From assembly GCF_009914755.1 (NCBI RefSeq), contig NC_060941.1: DNA of 64,000 nt, one strand, 5' to 3'. Of the stretch, positions 26,844 to 39,699 are shown piece by piece; positions within the stretch are counted from its first letter, which is position 1; the number at the start of each line of letters is the position of its first letter. The position numbers were made by a program, and so were the translations under genes. The notes below the pieces were generated by a model, which worked only from the letters and a program-made list of their open reading frames with translations, was not told where the DNA came from and did not search any database. This DNA is from the human T2T-CHM13v2.0 reference genome, Homo sapiens.

Positions 26844-26918
26844 GCTGGACAGGCCAGGCCTGACTGTGCCCACCTCCCAGGGGACAGGGCTGGTCTCCTC
26901 CCCAGGGTCTGGCTCTCT
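26844..26918 (+). repeat. 75-bp direct repeat, copy 2
   Basis: Identical to 25382-25457 except for a 1-bp indel. Confidence 0.95.
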
Positions 26919-27934
26919 GATTCTACTTCTGCCCTCCTTGCCCAAGGGAAGTGCTCAAGGCACCCAGCCTGCCCTGGGCCTGCCTCCTAGCCCCCTGCCC
27001 CATTGGCTGTAACCAACTCCACACTGCGGCAGGCTGCCCTTGTTGACTCTGGCCCCCATGGACCTGGCCCTGAGCCCCTTTCTTGCCTCCTCGGAGCCAC
27101 GGCCAGCCCTCCAGAGCCCCATGTGGGCGTCTCCTGTGGGGCGGAGGAAGGTGTGTGCCCCTGTAGGCAGGGCGGCAGGTGTGGGTTAGGGCAAGGGAAG
27201 CCAGTCCTCTTAGCTCGCACTGTCCTGGTGGCTGAGAGAGTTCTTGGAATGAAAGACCTTCCTGTGAACCCCAGAATTGCTGAGAGGGAGGGCTGCTGCT
27301 GCCCCACCCCACCTGCATGCAGCCTTGTTCACCGAGCTCTGTGGCTGGTTGCAGGAAAGGAGGGTTTACTGCACAGATGCGGGGTGGCCCATGGGCTGAG
27401 GGCAGGAGACAAAGCTCAGCCAGGTGCCTAGGACCTGGACAGCAGAGGCCACTCCTGGCTGCCCTGGAACTGCACTCTCTTCTTGCTTTCCCTTGGGCAT
27501 CTTTTCTAGGCACCCGCCTCCTCCCCATGGTGGAGCACCAGGGCTCAGTTAGGCTTCCAGTCAGCCCAACCCATTCAGCCTCCAGGGTTCCAGTTCCCAC
27601 ATCCGAACCCTGGTTTTGTCTGCACTGACAGCAGAGCCCTGCCCTGAGCAGAGCCCCCTGGGAAGAGCGTACCCGCTTACTTGCAGCAGTCAGCTCTGGG
27701 GGCAGCAAGGCTCGAGGAAGGGAGGATGAAGTTGAGCTGTGGACTCTGGGATGCAGCCGTTGAGCACTTATGATAAAACCAGAAGCAGCAGCAGGCGGAG
27801 GCCAGGCTCCCCTCCCCAGGCAGGGTTGAGGGGCTCTGCTAACATCTGCCTCATTGACTTCCTTGTGTCCACTTCAGAGAATGGCCATTCTGGCTTAAGG
27901 CAGTGACCTCTTCCTGTATACCAGCAGTCCCTAA

Positions 27935-28275
<341 letters not shown>

Positions 28276-28517
28276 AGCAGTCCCTAATTTAAGGGCTGTC
28301 AGCACACTGCTCATCTCCCTGGTCTGACCTCACCGTCTGCCTTTCTGAGAGCAATCTCATCTCCTTTCTGAATACATGGTGGGGGATCCTCAGCAGAGCC
28401 CCCCTGTTCCAGCGTTGTTGAAGACAACTTTTAGGACATCAATGCAGGGACAGTGGGAGTTCAGGCATGCTAAGGGCCGAGGCTAATTAGCTTGGGGTGA
28501 GTTTCATCGTGTGGGTG

Positions 28518-29168
<651 letters not shown>

Positions 29169-30115
29169 GGTCTAAGAGGCCCGTCCTCGAGGCCATGGTC
29201 CTAAGATGGGCAGAGCTGCCCATAGACCACTGTGCCAAGCCCCCTGGTTGGGTGACATCACAGGTACATCTGGGTTGGGAGGGGCGCCAGGTTCCATGTA
29301 GCCCAGAGATCCCCATCATTCCTTGCTTCAAGCCAGAGGTTGGTCGGAGGTGACAGCAGCCTGGTGGAGTGCTGTGTGGGTGCTGATGCTCATGCTCCCA
29401 GACCTGCAGGGCAGGTCTGTTTGAGGTCACTGTTGCAATGCGCATTTTGAATATTTTCAGCTGTATGTGCACGGCAGGGGCTTGGCCCATGCACTGCATA
29501 TGTAGCTCATACTTGGTGAGCTGTGTAATGTGTAGAGGTGTTGCCAAGGGCAGCGGAAATGTGGCCTTTTTCCAGCATAATCATGAGTCCTACCACTACC
29601 TGTCCCTGCCCCTGCGGCCAGGACAGCTCCCACCCCTGGAGTTGCTGAGATCTGCTGGGGGTGGAAGGACAAGGGCTGGTTGCTTTGTCCTGACTGACCA
29701 CTGTCCATTGCTCTATCCCTCTGGACTCCCGGCAGCAAGGTGTCCAGAGGAAGGTACCTTTCAGGGCTTTGCCCTTGGTGTTAGGCAGTTAAGCAGGTCC
29801 CCTTCAGGACCGTGTGGCAGTGCCTGGAGAAGCACAGGGGGCTGCTTTGGATGCCATGCCTGGTTTCCAGGGCATTCACTGATGGGGGAAAGCTCAGAGA
29901 CCAGAGAGGGTTGGGCAGGGCTCACTGGCCCTTCTGCTATGACCCCAGGGAGTGAGAAGGCCCCCTGGGAGGCCTCTGCAGGAAGTCTAAGGCTAGGCCT
30001 TCTCCAGCCAGCTCTTTCTCTAGCCTCTTCTCAGCAAACTTGAGACTCTGCCAGCTCTGCCCTTCTGCCTGGCCCTGAGCAGAGGCCCAACATCCCCAAA
30101 ATCTTCAAGATGAAT

Positions 30116-30523
30116 TGTATTAGCTTCTAGGGCTGCCAGAACAAAGTACCACAGACCGAGTGGCTGAAACCACAGAAATGTATTTCTCACAGCTCTGGAG
30201 TCTGGAAGTCCAAGATCAAGGTGTCGGTAGGGTTGCTTTCCTCCAAGTCCTCTCCTGGCTTGTAGATGGCCACCTTCTCGTGTCCTTACAGGGTCTTCCC
30301 TCTGTGTGTCTGTGTCCTCATCTCCTCTTACAAGGACACAGGTCATAGGGCCCACCCTAATGACCTCATCTTAATTATACTTAACATTTTTAAAAATTTT
30401 AATGGGTAGTTAATTATACTTTAAAGACCCTATCTCCAAGTAAAGTCACCCTGTGAAGTCCAGGGGGTTAAGGTGTAAGGTTTCAACAGAGGAATTTGTT
30501 GGGACACCATTCAGCACACAGCA
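30116..30523 (-). mobile_element. MaLR solo LTR (MLT1B-like)
   Basis: tgtattagcttctagggctgcc...gtccaagatcaaggtgtcgg...gggcccaccctaatgacctcat...gacaccattcagc. Confidence 0.85.
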
Positions 30524-31599
30524 CCAACAGATGCTCGGAGCCTGGGATCAAAGCTGAGCTCTCCTGGAGCCCCAGCCCAGGGTGCCTTCTGCAGCATCCT
30601 TGTTGGGCTGCTCCAGCCCATGCTGGCTGGGGACACCACGGCTGTACAAGGGGTCCGAGGTGTCCAGCACGGCAGAAACAGCCATATCCCGAGCTCATTC
30701 GTATTCAGCTCAGTCCTGGGGAGAGGAAAGCGGGGCTCTCAGGGATGCTGGGGGTGGCTCCCCCATTGCTTAGCTAAGGGGCACTCAGTTGCCACGGTGA
30801 CCTCTGTCTGCACAGTCAAATACACTCGGCCCAGCCACTTCTCTGGGCTGGAGGGCTCCCCCCACCCAGAGTTCACACTGAGTGTTGAGTCCCTTGGTGA
30901 CAAAAACATGGAAACGGTTGCCATGGCAGCCATTCTTTGGAGCCCTCAGACTGGAGTGCAAAGTTCAGGATGCCCAGGAACAGCTGAAATGAAAATACGG
31001 GAAAATCCGCTTCCCGCACCCTGGAAGGATGACTCGGTTGGCATTCAGTGCTCTCCTGCACTCGGCTGTCCCTGCCCTCCCCATCCCCTGGTCCATGTGT
31101 GGGTGCAGGGGGGTGCCCTCGGAGTGCAGGAGCAGAGTGGCCCCCAGAGACGTTGACAGAAGCCAGCCAGCATAGGAGGGCAGGCTCAGCTGGGGTGGTT
31201 CCATTGTCTGGAGTGGTAAGTGGGGAAGTGATGACTGCTGGACGTTCCCTGGGGAGGTGTCCTTGTGGCTGCTGAAGCCACAGAGCTTGCCTGTGTGTTG
31301 GTTTCTTCAAGCTGCTGCTCCTGTCTCAGGAGGGCTCAAGTCTACTCCATGGCCCAGCCTGGGGAATAAAGGTGTTTCGCCCAGTGAAGGCTACAGTGTG
31401 TGAGGGTGGGATCAGTGAGGGGAAGACAGTGCGGGGCAGGGGAGTGAGTGGATGGCTGTTTCTCTTGAACAGAGGTGAGTACAGCAGAGGCCCCTCCAGG
31501 TACCCCCTGGTCTGGGGGCAATGATCATGTGTCCACCCCCAGCAGGTCCCCAAGAAGGCCCCATGAGGCTCTGGTGACCTGAGATGCACCAACCAAAGG

Positions 31600-31975
31600 G
31601 TTCTGCAGTCACAGTTGTTTGAGAAACCAACACACGTATACAGGATTCTTAGGTTAAAGGCTCTGAAAAGTCTTGCAGTAAGGAACCTCTTGACTTTGTT
31701 TAACCTAGTATTTCACAAACTTACTAGAGCAAAGTTTCTCATTTATTTAGCGTCTCTTATTTTTGAAATCTCCCTTACTATCTTGCAGAAATGACATCTG
31801 GTAACATTTGTCCTCTGAGTCAATGACATCGGCACCACTTGTGAGAAATGCATATTCTAGGGCCTCACCCAGATCTGTTCAATCTGAAGCTCTGGGGCGG
31901 GGCCCAGCAGTGTATTTTCACAAGCCGGCCAGGGGATTCTGATGCATGCTCCATTTGGGGAAGTCCTTCTACTAG
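31600..31975. mobile_element. hAT-Charlie relics including a MER5A-like element
   Basis: aaggctctgaaaagtcttgcagtaaggaacc and gaaatgcatattctagggcctcacccaga...gattctgatgc. Confidence 0.6.
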
Positions 31976-32639
31976 GGAAAATACTGGCAGAGAATTTGGA
32001 GTAAGAGGAATGGTCTGGGGACCTTGGGCGGCATGGAGGAAGGGAGGCCACCTGGTAGGGATGGCTTAGGCGTGGGAAGCGGCAGTCCAAGGTTCCCGGG
32101 GCTCTGGAAAAGGCACTACGGCCACCCCAAAGGGTGGGTTCTCATCTTCTGTCCCTGAGCATTGAGGACCCATTATGGTTTTCTGAGGCTGGTTGGAGGG
32201 CCAGGCTGTGTGTGGAGTGTCATGAGGGCTGGTGTAAAGTGACTTGGGCCTTTGGAGAAGCGCACCCCTGAGGAACCTCCCTCTCCCCGCCAGCACTGCT
32301 CTCACCCGAGCGCCTGCCCTGGGCAGACAGCTTGCCCAGAGTGCTGGGGGCGTGGTCAGCACCTGTAGGCTTCCTGGACAAAGTGGGCCTTGACAAGGCC
32401 AGGAGATGGCTTGTCCCGACGGCAGTGCTGGGTGGCACCCTCACAGCGTGGGAGGCAAGGCTTCTTGGCCCTGTTGTTAGCAGGTGGGGGTCTACGATCA
32501 GCTTGCCACCACCCACGCGCTCCTGTATGGGCCACTCTCTGCAGTCACTTCCTGGGGCTGGGTCTCCTTTCCCTTCTCCCCAGGCTCAGGCAGGGCGGAC
32601 CTAGCCACAGCAGCTGGGAGCCCACCCGTCTGCCTGTGC

Positions 32640-33540
32640 TTCCTTGCAGCCGTCCAGATCCACATCCTGAAGGCGGACAAGGCGGGGGACTGGTGGAAGT
32701 TCACGGTGAACATCATCTCCGTGTATAAGCAGGGCACGAGCCGCATCCGCCGCGGTGACCAGAGCCTGTGGATCCGCTCGCGGGACATCGCCTGCAAGTG
32801 TCCCAAAATCAAGCCCCTCAAGAAGTACCTGCTGCTGGGCAACGCGGAGGACTCTCCGGACCAGAGCGGCATCGTGGCCGATAAAAGCAGCCTGGTGATC
32901 CAGTGGCGGGACACGTGGGCGCGGCGGCTGCGCAAGTTCCAGCAGCGTGAGAAGAAGGGCAAGTGCAAGAAGGCCTAGCGCCGAGGCAGCGGGCGGGCGG
33001 GCGGGCGGGCGCCAGGGCGGGGCCGAGCGAGAGCGGGCGCCTTGGCCCGGCCGCCGCGGACTTGGCCCGCGAGGGCTTTCCCAGGTGGGGGGAGGGAGGG
33101 GGCGGGGCCGCACGGCGCGGGGGGCGGGACCCTCGGCGGCCCCTCCCCCTGCCCCCACCCTGCGCGCTGTGGGCGGGAGCCGCGTGCACGCGGGGCGGGG
33201 TGCGCCGCCGGCCGGGCCCTGGAGAAATGACGAGACGTAGCTACCTCACGGGGCTCCTTCCAGAGCAGAGACGCGCTTCCCTGGGCCTGGGCGCGGCCGC
33301 CGTGGAGGGGCTGGGGGCAGCCTGCCCTGGGGCCCGGGGGCGGGCGCAGAATCGCACAACTGGGGCCCCAGGCGCGGGGCGTGGATGGCGCGGAGACGTG
33401 GACGGGAGGAGAACTGTGAATTCTCAAGCCCGTAGTGTGGGCGGGGCGCGGAGCACCCACCAAACCACCACCCGACACGCAGCCGACGGGATCCCCCCCT
33501 TTCTCCCCGGCCCCTTCTAGCAGTTCCCCGCGGGCCACCT
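32640..33540. promoter_or_regulatory. 3' CpG island over the last NTN1 coding exon and proximal 3'UTR
   Basis: Very high GC and CpG density relative to flanks, with multiple GGGCGG GC-boxes. Confidence 0.85.
32650..32978 (+). CDS. NTN1: Netrin-1 terminal coding exon (NTR domain with RGD motif and basic C-terminal tail)
   Basis: Acceptor cttccttgcAG ends at 32649. Translates [41 protein letters not shown]...[23 protein letters not shown], the netrin-1 C-terminus, with strong GC3 codon bias. Confidence 0.98.
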
Positions 33541-34664
33541 GGCTGTCACAGCCTGGGCTCCTCCATCTGAAGGGGCCTGGCAGCATTTGGGGAGTGGACA
33601 GCTCCTGTCCAGCCAGCATGCCCCAGGCGGCCTCTGTCTCCACTGCTACCTGCTGAGTGGGTCCTACTGGGTGGGGGCTTGGGGTCGGTGAGTGGTTCAC
33701 CTGTGGAGAGAGGAGAGGAAGCCCCTGCTGCTGCCTGTCTCTGCCCCTGCCCAGCGTGGGGCTGGCCCATCCGGAAGGCAGTGGGCCCAGGGACACCCCT
33801 GAGAAGCCCAAGCCGGGTGGTCACCGCCTCATGCTGGAGCTGCCTGTTGGAGGAGGCATCGCAAACGCAAAACCTCCCAGAGAGTTTCCTTTTGGAAACT
33901 TGGAACCAGCCCTTTTTATGACGTTTTCCAGGGGGAGGGGGAGGGGCACTGGCTGGGTTTACGGCAGTGACACTATTTATGTAAATGACATCAGCTCCCG
34001 CAAGGCCCCTCAGCAATGTCAACAGCTGGAAAGGGCCTGAACGGGCTTGGAGTCTGCAGGCTGCGAAGGCACTTGGGCCTGGCTTGGGGCCGGGGGCTTG
34101 TTTGAGCTGGGATGGGGTTTGCTGGCTCAGTGAAGTACCAGAGTGCCTGAGCCATGGGTGGGCAGGGGCACAGGAATGACCAGGTTCCTGGGGGCCAAGG
34201 AGGCCATGCTGGCTTCTCCAAGGGAAGGCACAGAGGCTGCCGGCCTGCCCCCTACAGCTGTCTTGGGTCTGGCCTGGGCCACACCTTGACCGTGCCTTTC
34301 CAGACGGTCTTTGTGGAGTCTGCCCGTGCCCTCCACTGTGCCCCAGCCCTCCTTCCAAAATCTCCTAGAGACACGGTCCTCAAGCAGGCAGCCCCTTTTG
34401 TTCTGACCTCCTCACACAGGGTCCATTCCTGTGCCCTGGGGCCTCCTGGCTCCCTGCCTTCCTGGGCTCTCTGCACTGCCCGGGCCTCTGGCCCACATCC
34501 TCACACCCGGCGCACTGAATTAAGAGGCCTGGCTCCCCTCACAGTCAGGAAATTGGTTTCACTTTCCCGGCCAGAGTTTGGCTGCTCAAAAGGGTCATAC
34601 CAAGTATGAAGCTCGGCCCCCGGTGGTCTGGCTTCCCTCCGCCTTCCCCACATTTACCCGCATC

Positions 34665-34860
34665 ACGGCTGCCATTTATTGAGCACCTGCTGTGTGCCAG
34701 GCACTTTACCCACATGCTCCCAGTGTGTACTCATGACAACCCTGTGGGACAGGGACTCATTATCACCAGCAAGGAGACTGGAGTACACGTGCCCAAGGTC
34801 ATGCTGCAAATTGGTGGCAGGACTGGGGCTCAAACTCCAGAGCCCGACTTTCTGACCAGG
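34665..34860 (-). mobile_element. MIR within the NTN1 3'UTR
   Basis: catttattgagcacctgctgtgtgccaggcact...gacaaccctgtg...tgcccaaggtcatg. Confidence 0.7.
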
Positions 34861-36975
34861 GGCCACGCTGGCCCTCACTGCACTCCAGCTCTGCAGCCTA
34901 CCCGCCCAATCCCTGTGCAGGCTGGGAGGGTGCTCTTGGGGGAGTGGCCACCGAGCCCCTGGCCCTGGTTACTGCCTCTTGAGGACACTGGCATCTGGGC
35001 TGGAGAACAGGAGCCCGGGGTGGGGTAGGGCATGGGGACAATCACATCTTCAGAGGAGGCAGCAAAGTGGTGGGGGATGCAGGGACGGACTTGCCAGATG
35101 GCAGCTCCAGGTTCCAGGAAGGCAGGCCTTGGATGCTCCGAAGAGGTGGTAGAAAGGTGTTTTTAGAAAGGTGTTTTGGCTGCCTCAGGGTGGTTGGAGA
35201 GACTCCAGGAGAGACTGGCAGAGGTGCCTCAGGGGCAGGGAGCAGACAGACCTGCCCTGGGAAGGGGCATTTGGCTTCCCTGAATCCAGCCCAAGGCTAG
35301 AAGACAGGGCCCCTCTCCAAGCTGTCAGCGCCCCTCGGATGCCCAGTGTGGTGTGCTGGGCGCCATCAGCATCACAAGGCACTACGCTGCTGGGGCGGTT
35401 GTCCTATTTCTGTCTATGCCAGTGTGGTTTCTTCACCCTGCCCAGAAGGGCTGTGGCAGCCCCACGATATCCCACCCTGGGTCTGGGTCTCACGGGTGTC
35501 CTGTGAGGGGCTTGCACTTGTGGTGGTCTCTGAGGCCACCTCAGCAACGGAGCTGGCGACACGCCAAGCAACAAGGCATCTTGCGGAAAATTCAGCCAGT
35601 GTCCTGCCCCTCCCTTCGGCTCAGCACCCCGCAGGGCACAGGCTGTCCACCCGGTGGTCTGGCCCTTGGGGAATGCGTCAGGGTGACCAGATCCACCAGG
35701 CTAGCAGCCAGGTCACTGTTGGGATTGCACGGTCGTCACGAGCTGCCTTTCCTATCCACACACCCAGCCAGGACCCAGCCCACCACTCCCGACTGCAGCC
35801 CCGGCCTCTGCGGTGAGCACCATCCTTGGGAAAGCACCCCTCCTCCACTCCGGTGCCCCACTCCAAGGAGCAGAGGGAAATGGGAATTGAGGTGTCCCGG
35901 TTTGTACAGTTAGGAAGGGATGTAAAACGGAACTAGATTTTGATTTTGAAGAGTGTATTAACCAGAATTGTGCTATGTAGGTGTTTGTTTGAAGAAAAAC
36001 ATACCAGATTAGTCTTTGTTTTTGAAACAGCTTCCCCAGTTGTCCTTTTTCTTACCAGCTGGGTGGTCTGGTGCCCCTGACAGCTGAGTGCCTGCTTTAC
36101 GGACACGCAGTAATGCCGAAGATTTGCGGGGGAGGACATAGGGCTGTCCCCGGGATTCACCTGCTGGCTGTGGTCTCTGCCCACTGCTTCTGTCCTTGGA
36201 AAGCAGGGCAGGAGGCAGCATCCCCAGGGGCCTCTATGTGGGAGGGAGGGACACCTGGGGTCACAACCCAGGGAGGGAGGGTCACAGCCCAGGGAGGCTG
36301 GGAGCTGCTCCAAGGCCCTGGAACTCTGCCTCAGTCGCGGCATGCTGGAGAGGGGTACGGACTTACTTTCTTGGAGTTGTCCCAGGTTGGAATGAGACTG
36401 AACTCAAGAAGAGACCCTAAGGGACTGGGGAATGGTTCCTGCCTTCAGGAAAGTGAAAGACGCTTAGGCTGTCAACACTTAAAGGAAGTCCCCTTGAAGC
36501 CCAGAGTGGACAGACTAGACCCATTGATGGGGCCACTGGCCATGGTCCGTGGACAAGACATTCCTGTGGGCCATGGCACACCGGGGGGGATCAAAATGTG
36601 TACTTGTGGGGTCTCGCCCCTTGCCAAAAGCCAAACCAGTCCCACTCCTGTCATTGGACGTTTCTTCCCATTCCCTCCTCCCAAATGCACTTCCCCTCCT
36701 CCCTCTGCCCCCTCCTGTGTTTTGGATTTCTGTTCACTCAGAATTGTAAATGTTTAGTTGTGACCATGACGTATTGTTTGGGTCAATGTCCCTTTCCAAT
36801 GCATACTAATATATTATGGTTATTATATATGAATATATTTAATGACATGGAAAAAGTTGTGGATTTTCTTTCTTTCCTTTTTTTTGGGGGGGGGTGGGGG
36901 GTTGGTTAGAGTTGTAATGGACCCAGATGGAACTTGTAACGTGGGCCCCACATGATAGAACTAAATTCAGATATC

Positions 36976-36985
36976 ATTAAATAAA
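36976..36985 (+). terminator. NTN1 polyadenylation signal (ATTAAATAAA)
   Basis: Overlapping ATTAAA (36976-36981) and AATAAA (36980-36985) follow an AU-rich UTR block with upstream TGTA motifs. Confidence 0.85.
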
Positions 36986-39375
36986 CTCTTGTACACTATG
37001 CCGTCTCGCAGTCTTGATTGGTGGCCTGGGCTGTGGGAGGTGGGCGTGTGGGGAGGCAGGGGAAGGATGGAGTTTTCGGGGAGTTTGAGGAATATGGCTT
37101 CAGGCCGAAGAACTCCCCTGCAAGTCAGAGCCTGGGTTTTACCCAGAGCCTCAGAGACAGAGCCCTAACTAACTCCCCCGAGAAGGCAGGAGAAGAGCAG
37201 TTTTGCTTGGAATGTCCTAGGGCCTTGCTGGCCGTGCTGTTTTGAGCTAAAAGGTTCTCGAATGGGACAGTCTGTATTGCAGGCTGCAGGAAACCACTCC
37301 AGGGACCCATCCTTGCCATTCCCTGGAGTTCCAAGACAGAGTGGGGGGAAAGGGGTCCCCTCCCACTTTGCCTTACCTGCAACCCCCGGGTGGGCGGAGA
37401 GCCACCTTTGACCCTCCCCATTTGATTCAGAACCTGCAGGTAGTTTCTGACTTTTACATAACTGGCTTCTTCTATGAAAGCCAAGTAGAGACTCAAGAAA
37501 CTACAGCAGGGTTAGTGAAACTCAAGAGATCTTGCAAAATATTTTTTTTCAAGCGATTGCTAAAGGCTTCGTGCGGTGCAGAGACTGGGCCGGTGCCAGC
37601 ACCACGCAGCCACCAAGAGCTGAGCTCACTTGGTTTCTGAGAGGCTATATTTAAACCTCCAAATGGTTGTGATTTCTTTATTAAATAAACAATTCAGTCA
37701 TTAGGAACATATTGTGTTGCCACGCAAAGTGGGGCCGATCGTCACTAGGAAGCTATAATTTCTGCACCCAGCTGTTTTGAAGGCAGCCCTCCGCCATGGG
37801 CCCCGTCTAGCCCCTCAGCAACGCAGGCTCAACAGGCCCTTCCTTCGAAGGTATGGAAAGCCCCTTCCCTGCTGTGTGGAGAGCTGACTGGAGATGCCAT
37901 TAGCTTCTGCTCAGGAAGAAATAGGGCCAGCCCTGCTGCCTTGGGGGTCTGGCTCTGCGGATGGGAGCTAGGCTCTCAAGAGCCTGGGGTCAAAGCCAGG
38001 GCAGGTACATACGTGAGTGGTCTCCGGGTGTCCCAATCAGTCTCAGGTGTAAGTCTCTGCTGAAATGACAACGCCTGACAGTGGGTGGGCAGGGATGACA
38101 TCCAGGTCTCAGTTGGCCAGACAGGCTAAGGAGAAAGCAAGCCTATTCCGGGGTCTCAGGTGCTCCCCAGGGCCAGCGGGGCCGCTGGTAGCATTTAAGA
38201 CCCGCTGAGAGACTGGGCTAAGAGGCCTGTGATGCACTTGAGGCAGCTTCATTCTCAGCTTTGGTCATTTTAGGTCAAGGGTCCAGTTCTTAAGGACTTT
38301 GATGATGTGGCTTTTTTTCTGTCCATTTAAAAACAAAAAAAGTGCGTGTCTGAGAGGGCCGCGTTTCCTTGGGACGCCACCACAGTCGGGCCCTGTGAGG
38401 GTGGCTGCAGCCCCAGGCCCACGGCCAGAAGGAAGCACACTGTTGCTCAGAGACACATTAGAACATGTACTGTCAACGGCCCCTCTGCCTCCCAGGACCT
38501 TATGCTGTAGTTGGGGAGAGAGGGCATCTGCCAAACTCAATGCAGGAAATAAGCTGCGTTGCTGCTAAGGACTGGCCCAAGGTAGTGGGAAAAGCCCATT
38601 TTAGAGACGGGAATGCAGAGTCACAAGGAAGCTGGGTGATCACCATCAGGGACCCAGAAGCCAGTGCTATCCAGTAAGAAATGCCTGATGGTGGGTGGGC
38701 AGGGACGTCAGAGCCCTGTGGGTGTCAGAGCTTCATGGGGCCTGCCCGGCCACCTGACCTGCCACCAGGGAGGCTCAGTCATTCATAAGGCTCTCCCCTG
38801 CCCATTCCCCTCTGCCTCTCAGAGACAGTGATGGCAGAGACAAGTGGCATGGGAGGCCCACTTGTAGCAGACACACCCTTTTCAGATTTTGTTGAACAGA
38901 CATCTCTTTCTCCACTCTTCTTAAAACTAAATAAAGACATATAAGAAATAGGCCAAGAAAAATGGGGAATGAAAAGAACAACGGAGCCAGTAAGAGATAG
39001 AGGATATGGACGGATTACACACCTGCCTTATCAGACTGGAGCCTCAGCGGGACGGCAAGTCATTTCTGGAAAGAGATCAATGTCTTTTGTTATTGACATG
39101 TAGTTGGGAGGAAGTCTGTGAAATTGTAGGAAGCAATCGGAGGAAAGATGGAACTTGGCCCCCTTTTTAAAATAAGGGGCAAAAACGCACTTAATTTCAA
39201 CAGGGCTGAGTTAGAAAATCCAACTAAGAGATGATCCTTAACTAGTCTCTGCTTAAGATACCAGTGTCACTGTGAACCTCAAGAAGCAGGGCATACGATT
39301 CTAAGGAGGCTAAGGCACTCTTTCCTGACCTGGAGGAACAATGCGGCTGTTTGGCCAGCCAGCAGTTCTCTCTGA

Positions 39376-39699
<324 letters not shown>

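Larger units (their letters stand above)
32979..37005 (+). other. NTN1: NTN1 3'UTR (~4 kb; end approximate)
   Basis: Runs from the stop codon to the overlapping ATTAAA/AATAAA at 36976-36985. AU-rich blocks lie at ~35900-36060 and ~36720-36990, with GU-rich sequence downstream. Confidence 0.85.

Noticed and set aside
25382-26918. Direct repeats considered as LTRs of a small retroelement
   Set aside because: No TG...CA termini, flanking TSD, primer-binding site or coding remnants are visible.
32484-32649. N-terminal part of the 164-aa ORF
   Set aside because: Intronic sequence upstream of the true acceptor at 32649; only 32650-32978 is netrin-1.
32498-33811. Antisense and alternative-frame ORFs over the last NTN1 exon and CpG island
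   Set aside because: Expected shadow ORFs from GC3 bias and GC-rich DNA, with no recognisable domains.
33883-33900. UUUU-loop hairpin considered as a histone stem-loop or Roquin CDE
   Set aside because: The stem does not match the histone consensus and the loop is not the CDE tri-loop.
36241-36297. ~21-bp tandem duplication in the NTN1 3'UTR
   Set aside because: Two imperfect copies, most likely an ordinary slippage product.
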